64,000 nt of DNA from Tenacibaculum sp. (GTDB taxonomy: Bacteria > Bacteroidota > Bacteroidia > Flavobacteriales > Flavobacteriaceae). Location: contig OZ251501.1 of assembly GCA_965242715.1 (NCBI GenBank), forward strand, positions 1,945,732 to 2,009,731, written 5' to 3'. The notes beneath the pieces are model-generated. The model had not been told where the DNA came from. It saw nothing but the letters and a program-made list of their open reading frames with translations, and searched no databases. Of the stretch, positions 40,710 to 52,236 are shown piece by piece; position 1 is the stretch's first letter; the number at the start of each line of letters is the position of its first letter. The translations under genes and the position numbers were made by a program.

Positions 40710-41699
40710 TAGGGTTACCCATTTAAATCTCATTAATATTTTGTTTTCAAAAAAGATGTTATACTTTTATAAAAAGGAAAGATATGAAAATACTAAAAGA
40801 ATTATCTCGAAAAGAATTTCACTCTAAATTTGGAGAAGAGAGTTTATGCTTATCTTTTTTATCTTCGGTAAAATGGGAAGAAGGTTTTTCTTGTTTTAAA
40901 TGTAAAAACACAAAGTTTTTAAAAGGTAAAAAAGAGTATAATAGACGCTGTACTAAATGTGGGTATGATGAATCTCCAACAGCCAATACATTGTTTCATA
41001 AAGTTAAGTTTGGTATTGTAGAAGCCTTTGAAATGGCTTATGATATTGCGACGAGTAAGAAAGGAGTAAATAGTATTTGGTTGGCAGAAAGGCATGGTGT
41101 TAAACAGATGACCGCTTGGTTGTTCAGAAGAAAAGTACAAGAAGCGATGAAGAGCAGTGAAAAATATCCTTTAGAAAAGGAAGTTCATGTGGACGAATTT
41201 GAGATAGGAACACCAAAAAAAGGAGAACAAGGGCGCAGTAAATCAGCAACGAAAATTAGAGTCGTAATAGCCATTGAAAATAGAGATGGCAAACCTGGCA
41301 GAGGATATGCAAAAGTGATAGAAGATTATAGTTGTAAATCTTTAAAACCAATATTTGAGAAACATATAAAGTCTGATGCAAATATAGTTACAGATGGTTG
41401 GTCTGGATACAAACCATTAAAGAAGAATTTTCCTAATTTAACACAAATATTATCCAATAATGGTGAAAATTTTAAGATGTTACATTTTCAGATAAGAAAT
41501 TTTAAAAATTGGTTAAGAGGTGTTCATTCATATTGTGAGAAAGAGTATATAGATCAATACATTCAAGAGTATTTTTACCGATTAAATCGACTTAATTTTA
41601 GAAGTAATATCTTAGAAAACTTATTAATAAGAATGTGTAATGAAAAACCAATAACTTATAAGTCAATTAAATGCAGTGCGACTTAAATGGGTAACCCTA
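40710..41699 (+). mobile_element. IS1595-family insertion sequence (990 bp)
   Basis: Perfect IRs TAGGGTTACCCATTTAA / TTAAATGGGTAACCCTA. 8-bp TSD TTAAACAA at 40702-40709 and 41700-41707. Confidence 0.9.
40784..41686 (+). CDS. IS1595-family transposase (zinc-ribbon plus ISXO2-like DDE domain)
   Basis: 300 aa. CFKCKNTKF...RRCTKCGYDESP zinc ribbon, then VHVDEFEIG...IVTDGWSGY. Confidence 0.88.
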   Translation: MKILKELSRKEFHSKFGEESLCLSFLSSVKWEEGFSCFKCKNTKFLKGKKEYNRRCTKCGYDESPTANTLFHKVKFGIVEAFEMAYDIATSKKGVNSIWLAERHGVKQMTAWLFRRKVQEAMKSSEKYPLEKEVHVDEFEIGTPKKGEQGRSKSATKIRVVIAIENRDGKPGRGYAKVIEDYSCKSLKPIFEKHIKSDANIVTDGWSGYKPLKKNFPNLTQILSNNGENFKMLHFQIRNFKNWLRGVHSYCEKEYIDQYIQEYFYRLNRLNFRSNILENLLIRMCNEKPITYKSIKCSAT

Positions 41700-41859
41700 T
41701 TAAACAATTTAGAGATTCTATTAATAAAAATAATATTGCATTTTTTAGTTATGATAAACGCACTGCTAATAAAAACAATTTAAATTCGTATTATTCGACA
41801 GAATATCCGCTTTCTGAAGAACTAATTAAAACAGTTGTTACTTTTGTAAGAAAATAGAC

Positions 41860-42024
41860 ATGGCAAAGAAAAAAGCATTTGCACTTCGCATAAATGAAGA
41901 TATGATAAAAGCCATTGAAAAATGGGCTTCAGACGAATTTCATTCTACAAATGGACAAATAGAATGGATGCTAATGCAGGCACTTACAGAAGCAAAAAGA
42001 ACACCTAAAAAGAAAGAAGAATAA
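41860..42024 (+). CDS. Arc/MetJ-type ribbon-helix-helix small DNA-binding protein (54 aa; below the ORF-track size cut-off)
   Basis: MAKKKAFALRINEDMIKAIEKWASDEFHSTNGQIEWMLMQALTEAKRTPKKKEE*. The pattern (basic N-terminus, beta-strand LRI, two helices) matches Arc-family repressors. Confidence 0.55.
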   Translation: MAKKKAFALRINEDMIKAIEKWASDEFHSTNGQIEWMLMQALTEAKRTPKKKEE

Positions 42025-42105
42025 AGAGTAATTTATTTCATTTATATTTTTAATCGCAGGGAGATAGCCCAATTAGATCTAATTTCCAATGCTTGTTTCT
42101 AAATA

Positions 42106-43567
<1,462 letters not shown>

Positions 43568-43644
43568 TAAATAAAAAAGCTCTTACTTAGTGCCTCGTAC
43601 CCTTGGGTCAAGGTTATTTATTACTTTAGCAAAAACTAATTTAA

Positions 43645-43946
43645 ATGACTACACCAACTTTTACTAACGACGCTATTGTATTCGGAATTCTAATGGTTTC
43701 TTTAGGGTTTGTGTTTTATACAGAATCTAAAACTTCTGGCTTTTGGCATAAATTCTACAAAATAGTTCCAGGTTTATTTATGGCATACCTTATTCCTGCA
43801 ATTTTTACAACAATTGGAGTTATTTCCCCAGAATGGGAAATTACTAGTGCAACTGGTGAGATTGTAAAAAATAAATCTCAATTATATTATGTAGCTAGTC
43901 GGTTTTTATTACCCGCAGCATTGGTTTTAATGACGTTATTAACTTA
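43645..43946 (+). pseudogene. DUF819-like polytopic membrane protein, only the N-terminal about 100 aa retained
   Basis: MTTPTFTNDAIVFGILMVSLGFVFYTE...LLPAALVLMTL runs straight into the IS630 end. No continuation of the frame is found after the IS (45001 onward). Confidence 0.5.
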
Positions 43947-44998
43947 ACGGTAATTAATCGTAACATTTCAAATTAAAAGTTGTATCTTTTCGCTATGGAA
44001 AAGATGGATTTTAGAAAACTCACAAGTGTTGAGAGATACGTTTTTAGAAAACGAGGGCTTTCACTAATTAAGTCAGGAAAAAAGCAAAAAGAAGTAGCGA
44101 AATTATTAGGTATTCGAGAAGCGACAGTTAGTGATTGGGTAAAACAAATATCGAGAACATGGTAATAAAGGCTTAAAGGATATATCAAGAGGCGTAAAAT
44201 CAGAGGATAAGAAGTTGCTGTCTTTAGATATCGAAAAGAAAATTCAAAAAATGATTTTAGACAGGATGCCAGATCAATTAAAATTGCCCTATTCCTTATG
44301 GACACGCAAAGCAGTAAAAGAATTGGTAGAGCGGGAGTTTGGGATTGTATTGGCAATCAATACAATGGGTGATTATTTACGTTCTTGGGGATACTCTCCA
44401 CAGAAGCCAAAGAAGAAAGCCTACGAACAATGTTCAAAAAAAGTGCAAAAATGGTTAGACCAAGAATATCCAGCAATAAAAGAAAGAGCGAGTTTAGAAA
44501 ATGCTGAGATTCATTGGGGAGACCAAACAGGAGTAAGAAATAATAGCCAACATGGAAGAAGTTACGCTCCAAAAGGAAAAACTCCTGTAAAAAAAAGTAT
44601 GGCAAAACGGTTTTCAGTAAACATGATATCCACAATAACCAATAGAGGAAAAGTTGAATTTATGGAACAACTCATAAAGAATAAAGAAATGAAAATCTTT
44701 TTAATTCTTGACAACCTGAGAGTTCATCATAGTAAAATTGTAAAGCAATGGGAACAAGAAAACAAAGAAAATATCGAACTATTTTATTTACCATCTTATT
44801 CTGCTGAAAAAAACCCTGATGAATATCTAAATTGTGATTTAAAATATGGGTTGTCAGAAAAACCTGCTCCTAAAAATCAAAGTCAATTGCAAAATAATTT
44901 AGAAAACCACATGCTAATGCTACAAGGAAATGAAAGTAGAGTAAGGAAATATTTTAGACATAAAGACATCAAATATGCCGCTTAAAAATAATTACGGT
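43947..44998 (+). mobile_element. IS630/Tc1-mariner family insertion sequence (about 1052 bp)
   Basis: IRs ACGGTAATTA / ACCGTAATTA, flanked by TA on both sides (43945-43946 and 44999-45000). Confidence 0.8.
43980..44985 (+). CDS. IS630-family transposase in two frames (HTH part 43980-44165, DDE part in the next frame to 44985)
   Basis: ...EVAKLLGIREATVSDWVK, then after a frame change near 44135-44150, YREHGNKGLKDISRG...HWGDQTGV...FLILDNLRVHHS...LPSYSAEKNPDEYLN (a DD(35)E-like motif set). Confidence 0.75.
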
Positions 44999-45079
44999 TA
45001 GAACTCGTCAGGTTAATAACAAAAAATGACTTAAAAACATAACTCCTAAAATTACGCATTTTAAAACACTTTTTTTTTA

Positions 45080-45110
45080 GACCTCACAGGTTTTTAAAAC
45101 CGATGAAGCC
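45080..45110. repeat. REP-like palindrome (right arm degenerate)
   Basis: gacctcacaggtttttaaaaccgatgaagcc. Confidence 0.8.
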
Positions 45111-45153
45111 TTTACTGCTAAAGCAATCATTTACTTTATAAAAATTATAAATC

Positions 45154-45813
45154 ATGAAAGAATACTCTCAATCTAAACTCAATCTAATAAAGCGTGGACA
45201 AAATAGAGCTACTTATAATGTTAAAAAAATCAATACTATTTTAGATGCAGGTTTTCTGTGTTACGTTGGTTATATCTATAACGGCAAACCAATTACCATT
45301 CCGATGGCATACACAAGAAGAGATGATAAAATTTACATACACGGTTCAACAGCAAATAGAATGCTATTATCAATCTTAGCCTCTAAAAAAACATCAATAA
45401 CCGTTATGCATCTTGATGGCTTAGTATTAGCGCGTTCTGGCTTTCATCATTCTGTAAATTATCGCTCTGTAACACTTTTTGGAGATTTAAAAAAGATTGA
45501 TAATGATATTGAAAAAACACAAATTTTAAAATGGATTGTGAATCAAATGGTACCTAATCATTGGAATTCATTGCGTCCAATACATCAAAAAGAATTAGAT
45601 AGAACTTTGGTTGTTGAATTTACCATAAAAACAGCTTCGGCAAAAGTTAGAGCTGAAGGAGTTTTAGACGACCCCGAAGATTATGAGCTACCTATTTGGG
45701 CAGGAATTATTCCGATTAAACAAGTTACAGAATTTCCTATTTCTGATGACAAACTGATAGAAGGCGTTAAAATTCCTCAGCATATTGTAAATTATTACGA
45801 ACAAAACAAATAG
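45154..45813 (+). CDS. Pyridoxamine 5'-phosphate oxidase-family flavin-binding protein
   Basis: 219 aa. Split-barrel PNPOx-like pattern (GFLCYVGYIYNGKPITIPMAYTRRDDKIYIHGS...RSVTLFG). Confidence 0.7.
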   Translation: MKEYSQSKLNLIKRGQNRATYNVKKINTILDAGFLCYVGYIYNGKPITIPMAYTRRDDKIYIHGSTANRMLLSILASKKTSITVMHLDGLVLARSGFHHSVNYRSVTLFGDLKKIDNDIEKTQILKWIVNQMVPNHWNSLRPIHQKELDRTLVVEFTIKTASAKVRAEGVLDDPEDYELPIWAGIIPIKQVTEFPISDDKLIEGVKIPQHIVNYYEQNK

Positions 45814-45861
45814 TTTCTTCTTTAAATAATTAATATTTTAGCTATTCAAAACTATTTAAAG

Positions 45862-46551
45862 ATGAAGAAATTTCTTAAATTTTCAGGTGTCCTTCTATTA
45901 TTATTAATTGGAATAGTTACCTTTTTTTATTTTAAAAACAACGAAGCGCTTCCTACAGGAAAACAAGGAGCAGAAGCTGATGCTTTAGCAACAAAAATGC
46001 TCACTTCTTTAAACAATGAAGCTTATAAAAATACTCGTTTTTTAGAATGGTCTTTTCGTGGAAAAAATTTCTATAAATGGGATAGACAAAAAAATATTGT
46101 TGATATTTCTTGGGATAATAACAAAGTGATTTTACACACAAAATCACCAGAAAAAAGTCAAGTTTTTTTAAATGATAAACAAATAGATAATCCAGAAATT
46201 CTCCAAAAAGCTACCGATTATTTTAATAACGATAGCTTTTGGTTAGTAGCTCCACACAAAGTTTTTGAAGACGGAATTGAACGTCGTTTAGTAAACTATA
46301 ACAACAAAGAAGCTTTGCTAATAACATACACTTCTGGCGGTTCTACTCCTGGAGATTCTTATTTGTGGATTTTAGACAAATCTGGAAAACCAACTGCATT
46401 TAAAATGTGGGTTTCTATTATTCCTACAGGTGGCTTAGAAGCTTCTTGGAACGATTGGAAAACAACACAATCTGGTGCAATGCTACCAACTAAACATAAA
46501 ATCTCTATTATTGGAACTTTAGATATGGGAGACGTAAAAGGATACAATTAA
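45862..46551 (+). CDS. Hypothetical membrane-anchored or secreted protein
   Basis: 229 aa with an N-terminal hydrophobic segment. I recognise no family. The coding call rests on length and codon periodicity. Confidence 0.55.
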   Translation: MKKFLKFSGVLLLLLIGIVTFFYFKNNEALPTGKQGAEADALATKMLTSLNNEAYKNTRFLEWSFRGKNFYKWDRQKNIVDISWDNNKVILHTKSPEKSQVFLNDKQIDNPEILQKATDYFNNDSFWLVAPHKVFEDGIERRLVNYNNKEALLITYTSGGSTPGDSYLWILDKSGKPTAFKMWVSIIPTGGLEASWNDWKTTQSGAMLPTKHKISIIGTLDMGDVKGYN

Positions 46552-46554
46552 TTT

Positions 46555-47742
46555 TTGGATACAAAAATATTACATAAAAAAGTACAAGAATTTATAACTA
46601 AAAACTTGAATTCTGATATCACAAAACTTGTTTTAAAAGGAAGTCCGTTTAACGATATTTCAATTCAAAAATTGTCTAATCAAATAGTTAGCAAACAAAA
46701 ATCGAAAGATAAATTACCTACTTGGTTTACTGCTAAAAACATTTATTACCCTCCAAAAATTAATATTGAACAAACCTCTTCGGAAATTACTGCAGCATAT
46801 AAATCTCATTTAATTTCTGGTAAAAATCTGATAGATATTACTGGCGGATTTGGCGTAGATACTTTCTATTTTTCAAAACAATTTAATCAAATTACGCATT
46901 GTGAAATTAATGAAGAACTTTCTAAAATTGTATCGCACAATTATAAGCAATTAGCCATAGAAAATATTCAAACAATTGCTTCAGACGGAATAGAATTCTT
47001 GAAAAATACTTTGCAAAAATTCGATTATATTTATATAGATCCATCACGTAGAAATACCCGTAAAGGAAAAGTGTATTTTTTGAAGGATTGTTTACCAAAT
47101 GTGCCTGAAATTTTAGATTTTTTGTTTTCAAAATCAAGCACAATTTTGATTAAAAACTCTCCAATGTTAGACATTACTAACGGAATAAATGAATTAGAAT
47201 TTGTTAAAGAAATTCATATTATAGCACTACAAAACGAAGTAAAAGAACTCTTATTTTTATTAGAAAAAGATTACACTAAAACTATTGAGATTAAAACTAT
47301 TAACATTCTAAAAGATAAACAAAATCAAGAATTTTCGTTTAAGTATCAATCAGAAGCTATTTCAGAATACTCAAAACCGCTCTCCTATTTATATGAACCC
47401 AATTCAGCAATATTAAAATCTGGTGGGTTTCATCAAGTTTCTGAGCAATTACAAGCTTTTAAATTACAGGAGCATTCACATTTATATACTTCAGAAAAGT
47501 TCTTAGAAAACTTTCCTGGCAGAAAATTTAAAATTAAAGCAATTTATCCTTACCATAAAAAAGGAATAAAGAAAAACTTATCAGAAAATAAAGCCAACAT
47601 TACAGTTAGAAATTTTCCAAAAACAGTTGCTCAAATTAGAAAAGAAACAAAAATTAACGAAGGAGGAAATATTTATGTATTCTTTACAAAAGATTATAAC
47701 AATACATTAATAGTAATTAAAACCTCTAAAACCGATAGTTAG
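46555..47742 (+). CDS. Class I SAM-dependent methyltransferase (THUMP-like C-terminal region)
   Basis: 395 aa. LIDITGGFGVDTFYFS is a motif-I-like glycine loop. TTG start in the ORF track. Confidence 0.7.
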   Translation: MDTKILHKKVQEFITKNLNSDITKLVLKGSPFNDISIQKLSNQIVSKQKSKDKLPTWFTAKNIYYPPKINIEQTSSEITAAYKSHLISGKNLIDITGGFGVDTFYFSKQFNQITHCEINEELSKIVSHNYKQLAIENIQTIASDGIEFLKNTLQKFDYIYIDPSRRNTRKGKVYFLKDCLPNVPEILDFLFSKSSTILIKNSPMLDITNGINELEFVKEIHIIALQNEVKELLFLLEKDYTKTIEIKTINILKDKQNQEFSFKYQSEAISEYSKPLSYLYEPNSAILKSGGFHQVSEQLQAFKLQEHSHLYTSEKFLENFPGRKFKIKAIYPYHKKGIKKNLSENKANITVRNFPKTVAQIRKETKINEGGNIYVFFTKDYNNTLIVIKTSKTDS

Positions 47743-47860
47743 TTTATTGAAAAATAAATAGTTAATCTCCTTAATATTTAATATATTTGAGATGCAAATC
47801 CTAAAATGAGATTGCAAATAGTTAGTGTGTTTTACTTTTAGAGATGTAAAACACACCAAA

Positions 47861-47881
47861 AGCCTCGATTTTATCGAGGCT
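47861..47881 (+). terminator. Rho-independent terminator after the methyltransferase gene
   Basis: agcctcga-tttta-tcgaggct stem-loop, followed by tttgctttt. Confidence 0.7.
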
Positions 47882-48499
47882 TTTGCTTTTCTCTATTTTC
47901 CAAAATAGTTTCTTACCTTTGGTTTAATGCAGACAACAAACTACCAAGCAATAAAAATTAAACCTCAACAATCATTAAAAATAGAGGACGTTCTTGTAGT
48001 AGAAGCGCCTTTACAAATCAATATAAACAAAGAACCATATACCGTTGTTATGAGAACGCCAGCTAATGATATTGAACTCATTAGAGGTCTTCTATTTGCT
48101 GAAGATATTTATAAAAATAATATAAATTTTTCTTCGGAAACTATTGAAGAAAAAGATAGTTTTTCAACTATTATTAATATTAATATTCCGAAAGAAAAAC
48201 TAGGAAAAGGATATTTGAATAAACGAACTTTGTTATCTGTTTCTTCTTGCGGAATTTGCGGAAAACAAAAACTATCTGACATTGAAATCTCTGGTAATGC
48301 ATTACAAAACACTCTTCAATTTTCTCAAGAAGAAATTGAAATTATGTTTTTAAAAATGAAAGAATTACAAACAACTTTTCATGCTTCAGGAGGAAGTCAC
48401 GCAGCAGCAATTTTTGATAAAAACAAAGAGATTTTAACAACAAAAGAAGATATTGGTCGTCATAATGCAGTAGATAAATGTGTTGGAAGTTTATTAATA

Positions 48500-49670
48500 A
48501 CTCACCTTACGCAAGAATAATTTGAATTTAAGATATTTATAGTTTATCTTGTTAACAACTTTGAGAAATAAAAAGATGGATAATTTTGTTGATTTGTATA
48601 CTGATTATTTGATAAGTTCAAGTTCTTACACGACAGCTACAGGTATGGCTTCATTACTCTCTATAAAACATGATAAAATAACACGAGCATTATCAACGGG
48701 TGTTTATGACAGTAAATTTCTATGGAAAAAGGCAAAACCTTATGTTGAAGAATTGACTCAATCTAAAGAAACTATCATTTTAAGTTTTGATGATTCGATA
48801 CAAGAAAAACAATATACAGATGAAAGTGAGTTGAACACTTGGCATTTTGACCATGTGTTTGGAAGGTCTGTAAAAGGGGTTAATTTTCTAACTGCTTTAG
48901 TCGAAGTTGGAGGCATGCGTATACCGTGTGGTGTAGAGTTTATAAAGAAAAATATTTGGGTTACCGACAAAAAAACAGGAAGGCAAAAGCGTAAAAGCAG
49001 CAAAACTAAAAACGAACTTTTTAGAGAAATGTTGCAGGAATGTAGTAGCAAAATACACTTTGATTATGTGTTGGCTGATAGTTGGTTTTCTTCAGCAGAG
49101 AACATGGTTTATTGTAAAGAACTTTTAAAAAATGATTTTATTATTGCCTTAAAAAGCAATCGAAAAGTAGCCTTATCCTTAGAAGATAAGCAAAATGGAG
49201 CATACGTGAATATTAAAACATTACAGCCAAGACAACAAACCGTGGAAGTTTGGTTTGAAAAACTAGACTTTCCGCTGTTGCTTACAAAGCAAGTTTTCAA
49301 AAACGAGAATGATACAGTCGGCGAGTTGTACTTGGCTTGTAGTGATTTAAATTTATCGTATAACCAAATAACTACAATCTACAAAAAACGGTGGGCAGTA
49401 GAAGAGTATCACAAATCGATTAAAAGTAACACAGGTTTTGCTAAATCTCCAACTAAAAAAACAGAAACTCAAACGAATCATTTTGTATTGTCAATTGTAG
49501 CTTATATAAAGTTAGAGTGGCTTAAACAAAGAACAGGGAAAAATCATTTTGCTATGAAAACACAAATCTATTTAGCAGCTCAAAAAGCAGCTCATAACGA
49601 ACTCAGAAAGTTATCAACACCTAAAGCTGCTTAATCATCCTTTTTTGAGGTTTGGATGCGTAACATGAGT
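48500..49670 (+). mobile_element. 1171-bp IS4-superfamily insertion sequence, copy 3
   Basis: Same ends as the other copies. TSD TAATA (48495-48499) versus AAATA (49671-49675), a 4/5 match. Confidence 0.88.
48549..49634 (+). CDS. IS4-superfamily (IS701-like) DDE transposase
   Basis: Identical to the other two copies. Confidence 0.8.
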   Translation: MLTTLRNKKMDNFVDLYTDYLISSSSYTTATGMASLLSIKHDKITRALSTGVYDSKFLWKKAKPYVEELTQSKETIILSFDDSIQEKQYTDESELNTWHFDHVFGRSVKGVNFLTALVEVGGMRIPCGVEFIKKNIWVTDKKTGRQKRKSSKTKNELFREMLQECSSKIHFDYVLADSWFSSAENMVYCKELLKNDFIIALKSNRKVALSLEDKQNGAYVNIKTLQPRQQTVEVWFEKLDFPLLLTKQVFKNENDTVGELYLACSDLNLSYNQITTIYKKRWAVEEYHKSIKSNTGFAKSPTKKTETQTNHFVLSIVAYIKLEWLKQRTGKNHFAMKTQIYLAAQKAAHNELRKLSTPKAA

Positions 49671-49892
49671 AAATAAACAACCAATTAAAAAAAGCGCAAA
49701 TACTTTTGGTTAGCGGGCGTGTTTCATATGAAATTGTATCGAAAGCATTTTTTGCAAAAATTCCAATTATTGTTGCCGTTTCTGCATGTTCGAGTTTAGC
49801 TGTAGATTTTGCTAAAGAATTTGGCATTTGCCTTATTGGATTTAGTAGAAAAGATAAAATGACTATTTACGCCAACCCACAATATATTAGCT

Positions 49893-52184
49893 ATGAATAA
49901 CAAAAAACCATATGCACAACCGCCAGAAAAACTAACTGGAATTCAATTAATTGAAGTTCCAAAATCTGCAGTAGGAGTTAAAGCTATTAAATCTGCGTTA
50001 TCTCATATTAAAGAAGAAGTTGGTATGGGCAAAGGTGTTGAATTGTTAGCTAAACTTAACCAAAAAGAAGGATTTGATTGTCCAGGTTGCGCGTGGCCAG
50101 ATCCAGATGAAAAACGTGCTTTTTTAGCTGAATATTGTGAAAATGGCGCAAAAGCAGTTGCAGAAGAAGCAACAAAAAATAGAGTTTCTCCGCTATTTTT
50201 TGCATCACACTCTATACAAGAAATATCTGAATGGTCAGATTATGAAATTGGAAAAAGTGGACGGATTACACATCCAATGATTTTACGCAAAGGAAGCAAT
50301 AATTATGAAGAAATTTCTTGGACAGACGCATTTAACCTTATTGGAAAAGAACTAAACTCTTTAGCCTCTCCAGACCAAGCAATTTTTTATACTTCAGGAA
50401 GAACCAGTAATGAAGCTGCTTTTTTATATCAATTATTCGTACGTCAATTTGGAACAAATAATTTACCTGATTGTTCAAACATGTGCCATGAAAGTAGCGG
50501 CGTAGGACTTTCTGAAACCCTTGGAATTGGTAAAGGCTCTGTTACATTAGACGATTTTAACCATGCTGATTTGGTAATTGTTATAGGGCAAAACCCAGGA
50601 ACAAATCACCCAAGAATGTTAACCGCTTTAAGTGAAACAAAAAAACGTGGCGGAAAAATTATTACTATTAATCCGTTGCCCGAAGTAGGTTTAATGCGTT
50701 ATAACGATCCGCAAAACCCATTAAAATGGATAGGAAAAGGGCAACAGCTTACTGATTTGTTTTTACAAGTAAAAATAAATGGAGATGTTGCTTTGTTAAA
50801 AATAATTCTGAAATTAATGAAAGCTCGTGAAGCAAAAAGTGGGAACGTTTTTAATCATCAATTTATAAAAGAAAAAACGTATGGGTTAGAAAAATTTTTA
50901 TCTAATTTAGATGCCTATACTATAGAAGAGTTATTGCCACAAACCGGAATTTCACTTAAACAAATAAAGAAAGCTACCAAACTAATTATTAATAACGATA
51001 AAATAATTATCTGTTGGGCAATGGGTTTAACGCAACACAAAAATGCGGTTGATAATATTCGTGAAGTTGTAAATCTCTTATTATTAAAAGGAAGCATTGG
51101 CAAACAAGGTGCTGGAACTTGTCCTGTTCGTGGACATTCTAACGTTCAAGGAGACCGTACAATGGGGATTTGGGAAAAACCGAAAGACAGTTTTCTTGAT
51201 AATCTTGAAAAAGAATTTTCATTTAAAGCCCCACGAAAACATGGTTTTGATGTTGTTTCAGCAATTGAGGCAATGCATGCTAAAAAAGCTAAAGTCTTTA
51301 TTGGAATGGGCGGAAACTTTATTTCTGCAACCCCAGATACAGAATATACTGCAGAAGCATTACGCAACTGTAATCTAACCGTTCATGTTTCTACAAAACT
51401 GAATCGAAGCCATTTAGTTCATGGAAAACAAGCTTTAATTTTACCTTGCTTAGGGCGTTCTGAAGTAGATGTACAGAAAACTGGAGAGCAGTTTGTTTCT
51501 GTTGAAAATTCTATGGGAGTTGTGCATCAATCTCACGGACATTTAGAACCGCTATCTAAATATTTATTGAGCGAACCAGCTATTGTTGCTGGAATTGCAG
51601 AAGCTACGCTTCAAAACTCTAAAACTAAGTGGAGTAAATTAGTTTCCAATTACGATTTAACTCGTGACAAAATTGAAGCTACAATTCCTGGATTTGAAAA
51701 CTACAATACACGTGTTAGAAAAAATGGCGGATTTTATTTACCGAACAATGCTCGTGATAATAACTTTACTTCTACCGCTACAGGGAAAGCAAATTTCTCA
51801 TTAAATATTCCTTCAGAAATTAAATTGGAAGACAATCAATTTTTGATGATGACTATTAGAACACACGATCAATTTAATACAACTATTTATGGATTAAACG
51901 ACCGTTACCGTGGTGTCTTAAATGAACGTAGGGTTATTTTCATGAATAAAAAAGATATGAAAGATTATCAACTTAAAAAGCTAGACAAAGTAAATTTGAT
52001 TAGTCATTTTCAAGGTGAAAAACGTATTGCAAAAGGTTTTTTGGTTATTCCTTATAATATTCCAAAACAATGTACTGCAACCTATTTTCCTGAAACCAAC
52101 GTGTTGGTTCCTATAAATAGTAAAGCAGATTTAAGCCATACACCAGCTTCAAAAACTGTAATTATAACTGTAGAAAAAGTATAA
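49893..52184 (+). CDS. FdhF/YdeP-family molybdopterin oxidoreductase
   Basis: 763 aa. N-terminal Cys cluster (FDCPGCAWPD...YCENG...CSNMCHESS) and molybdopterin-binding domains. Its start overlaps the fdhD stop (ATGAATAA). Confidence 0.85.
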   Translation: MNNKKPYAQPPEKLTGIQLIEVPKSAVGVKAIKSALSHIKEEVGMGKGVELLAKLNQKEGFDCPGCAWPDPDEKRAFLAEYCENGAKAVAEEATKNRVSPLFFASHSIQEISEWSDYEIGKSGRITHPMILRKGSNNYEEISWTDAFNLIGKELNSLASPDQAIFYTSGRTSNEAAFLYQLFVRQFGTNNLPDCSNMCHESSGVGLSETLGIGKGSVTLDDFNHADLVIVIGQNPGTNHPRMLTALSETKKRGGKIITINPLPEVGLMRYNDPQNPLKWIGKGQQLTDLFLQVKINGDVALLKIILKLMKAREAKSGNVFNHQFIKEKTYGLEKFLSNLDAYTIEELLPQTGISLKQIKKATKLIINNDKIIICWAMGLTQHKNAVDNIREVVNLLLLKGSIGKQGAGTCPVRGHSNVQGDRTMGIWEKPKDSFLDNLEKEFSFKAPRKHGFDVVSAIEAMHAKKAKVFIGMGGNFISATPDTEYTAEALRNCNLTVHVSTKLNRSHLVHGKQALILPCLGRSEVDVQKTGEQFVSVENSMGVVHQSHGHLEPLSKYLLSEPAIVAGIAEATLQNSKTKWSKLVSNYDLTRDKIEATIPGFENYNTRVRKNGGFYLPNNARDNNFTSTATGKANFSLNIPSEIKLEDNQFLMMTIRTHDQFNTTIYGLNDRYRGVLNERRVIFMNKKDMKDYQLKKLDKVNLISHFQGEKRIAKGFLVIPYNIPKQCTATYFPETNVLVPINSKADLSHTPASKTVIITVEKV

Positions 52185-52236
52185 ATGAAAGCCTACTATA
52201 AATAATTTTCATACAACAGCTTACATAAATTCTATA

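Larger units (their letters stand above)
40479..41857 (+). pseudogene. Alpha/beta hydrolase-like gene, IS-interrupted and internally shortened
   Basis: N-terminal part ...LPGTLTFSEEKTPLLIWIHGSGQVDRNDNQ...NVKANYIKQ. After the IS the same frame continues FRDSINKNNIAFFSYDKRTANKNN...LSEELIKTVVTFVRK*. The rejoined length is only about 128 aa, far short of a full hydrolase. Confidence 0.55.
47927..49900 (+). pseudogene. fdhD: Formate dehydrogenase accessory sulfurtransferase FdhD, split by an IS
   Basis: The N-terminal 191 aa (…SSCGICGK…GGSHAAAIF…EDIGRHNAVDKCVGSLLI) end at 48499. Removing 48500-49675 joins in-frame to NNQLKKAQILLVSGRVSYEIVSKAFFAKIPIIVAVSACSSLAVDFAKEFGICLIGFSR...*. The reconstructed product is about 265 aa. 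Confidence 0.85.

Noticed and set aside
47743-47926. Molybdenum-cofactor riboswitch upstream of fdhD
   Set aside because: I looked for the conserved Moco-motif blocks and did not find them. The region is explained by a terminator hairpin (47861-47881) plus two weak AT-rich hairpins. An Infernal scan would settle it.
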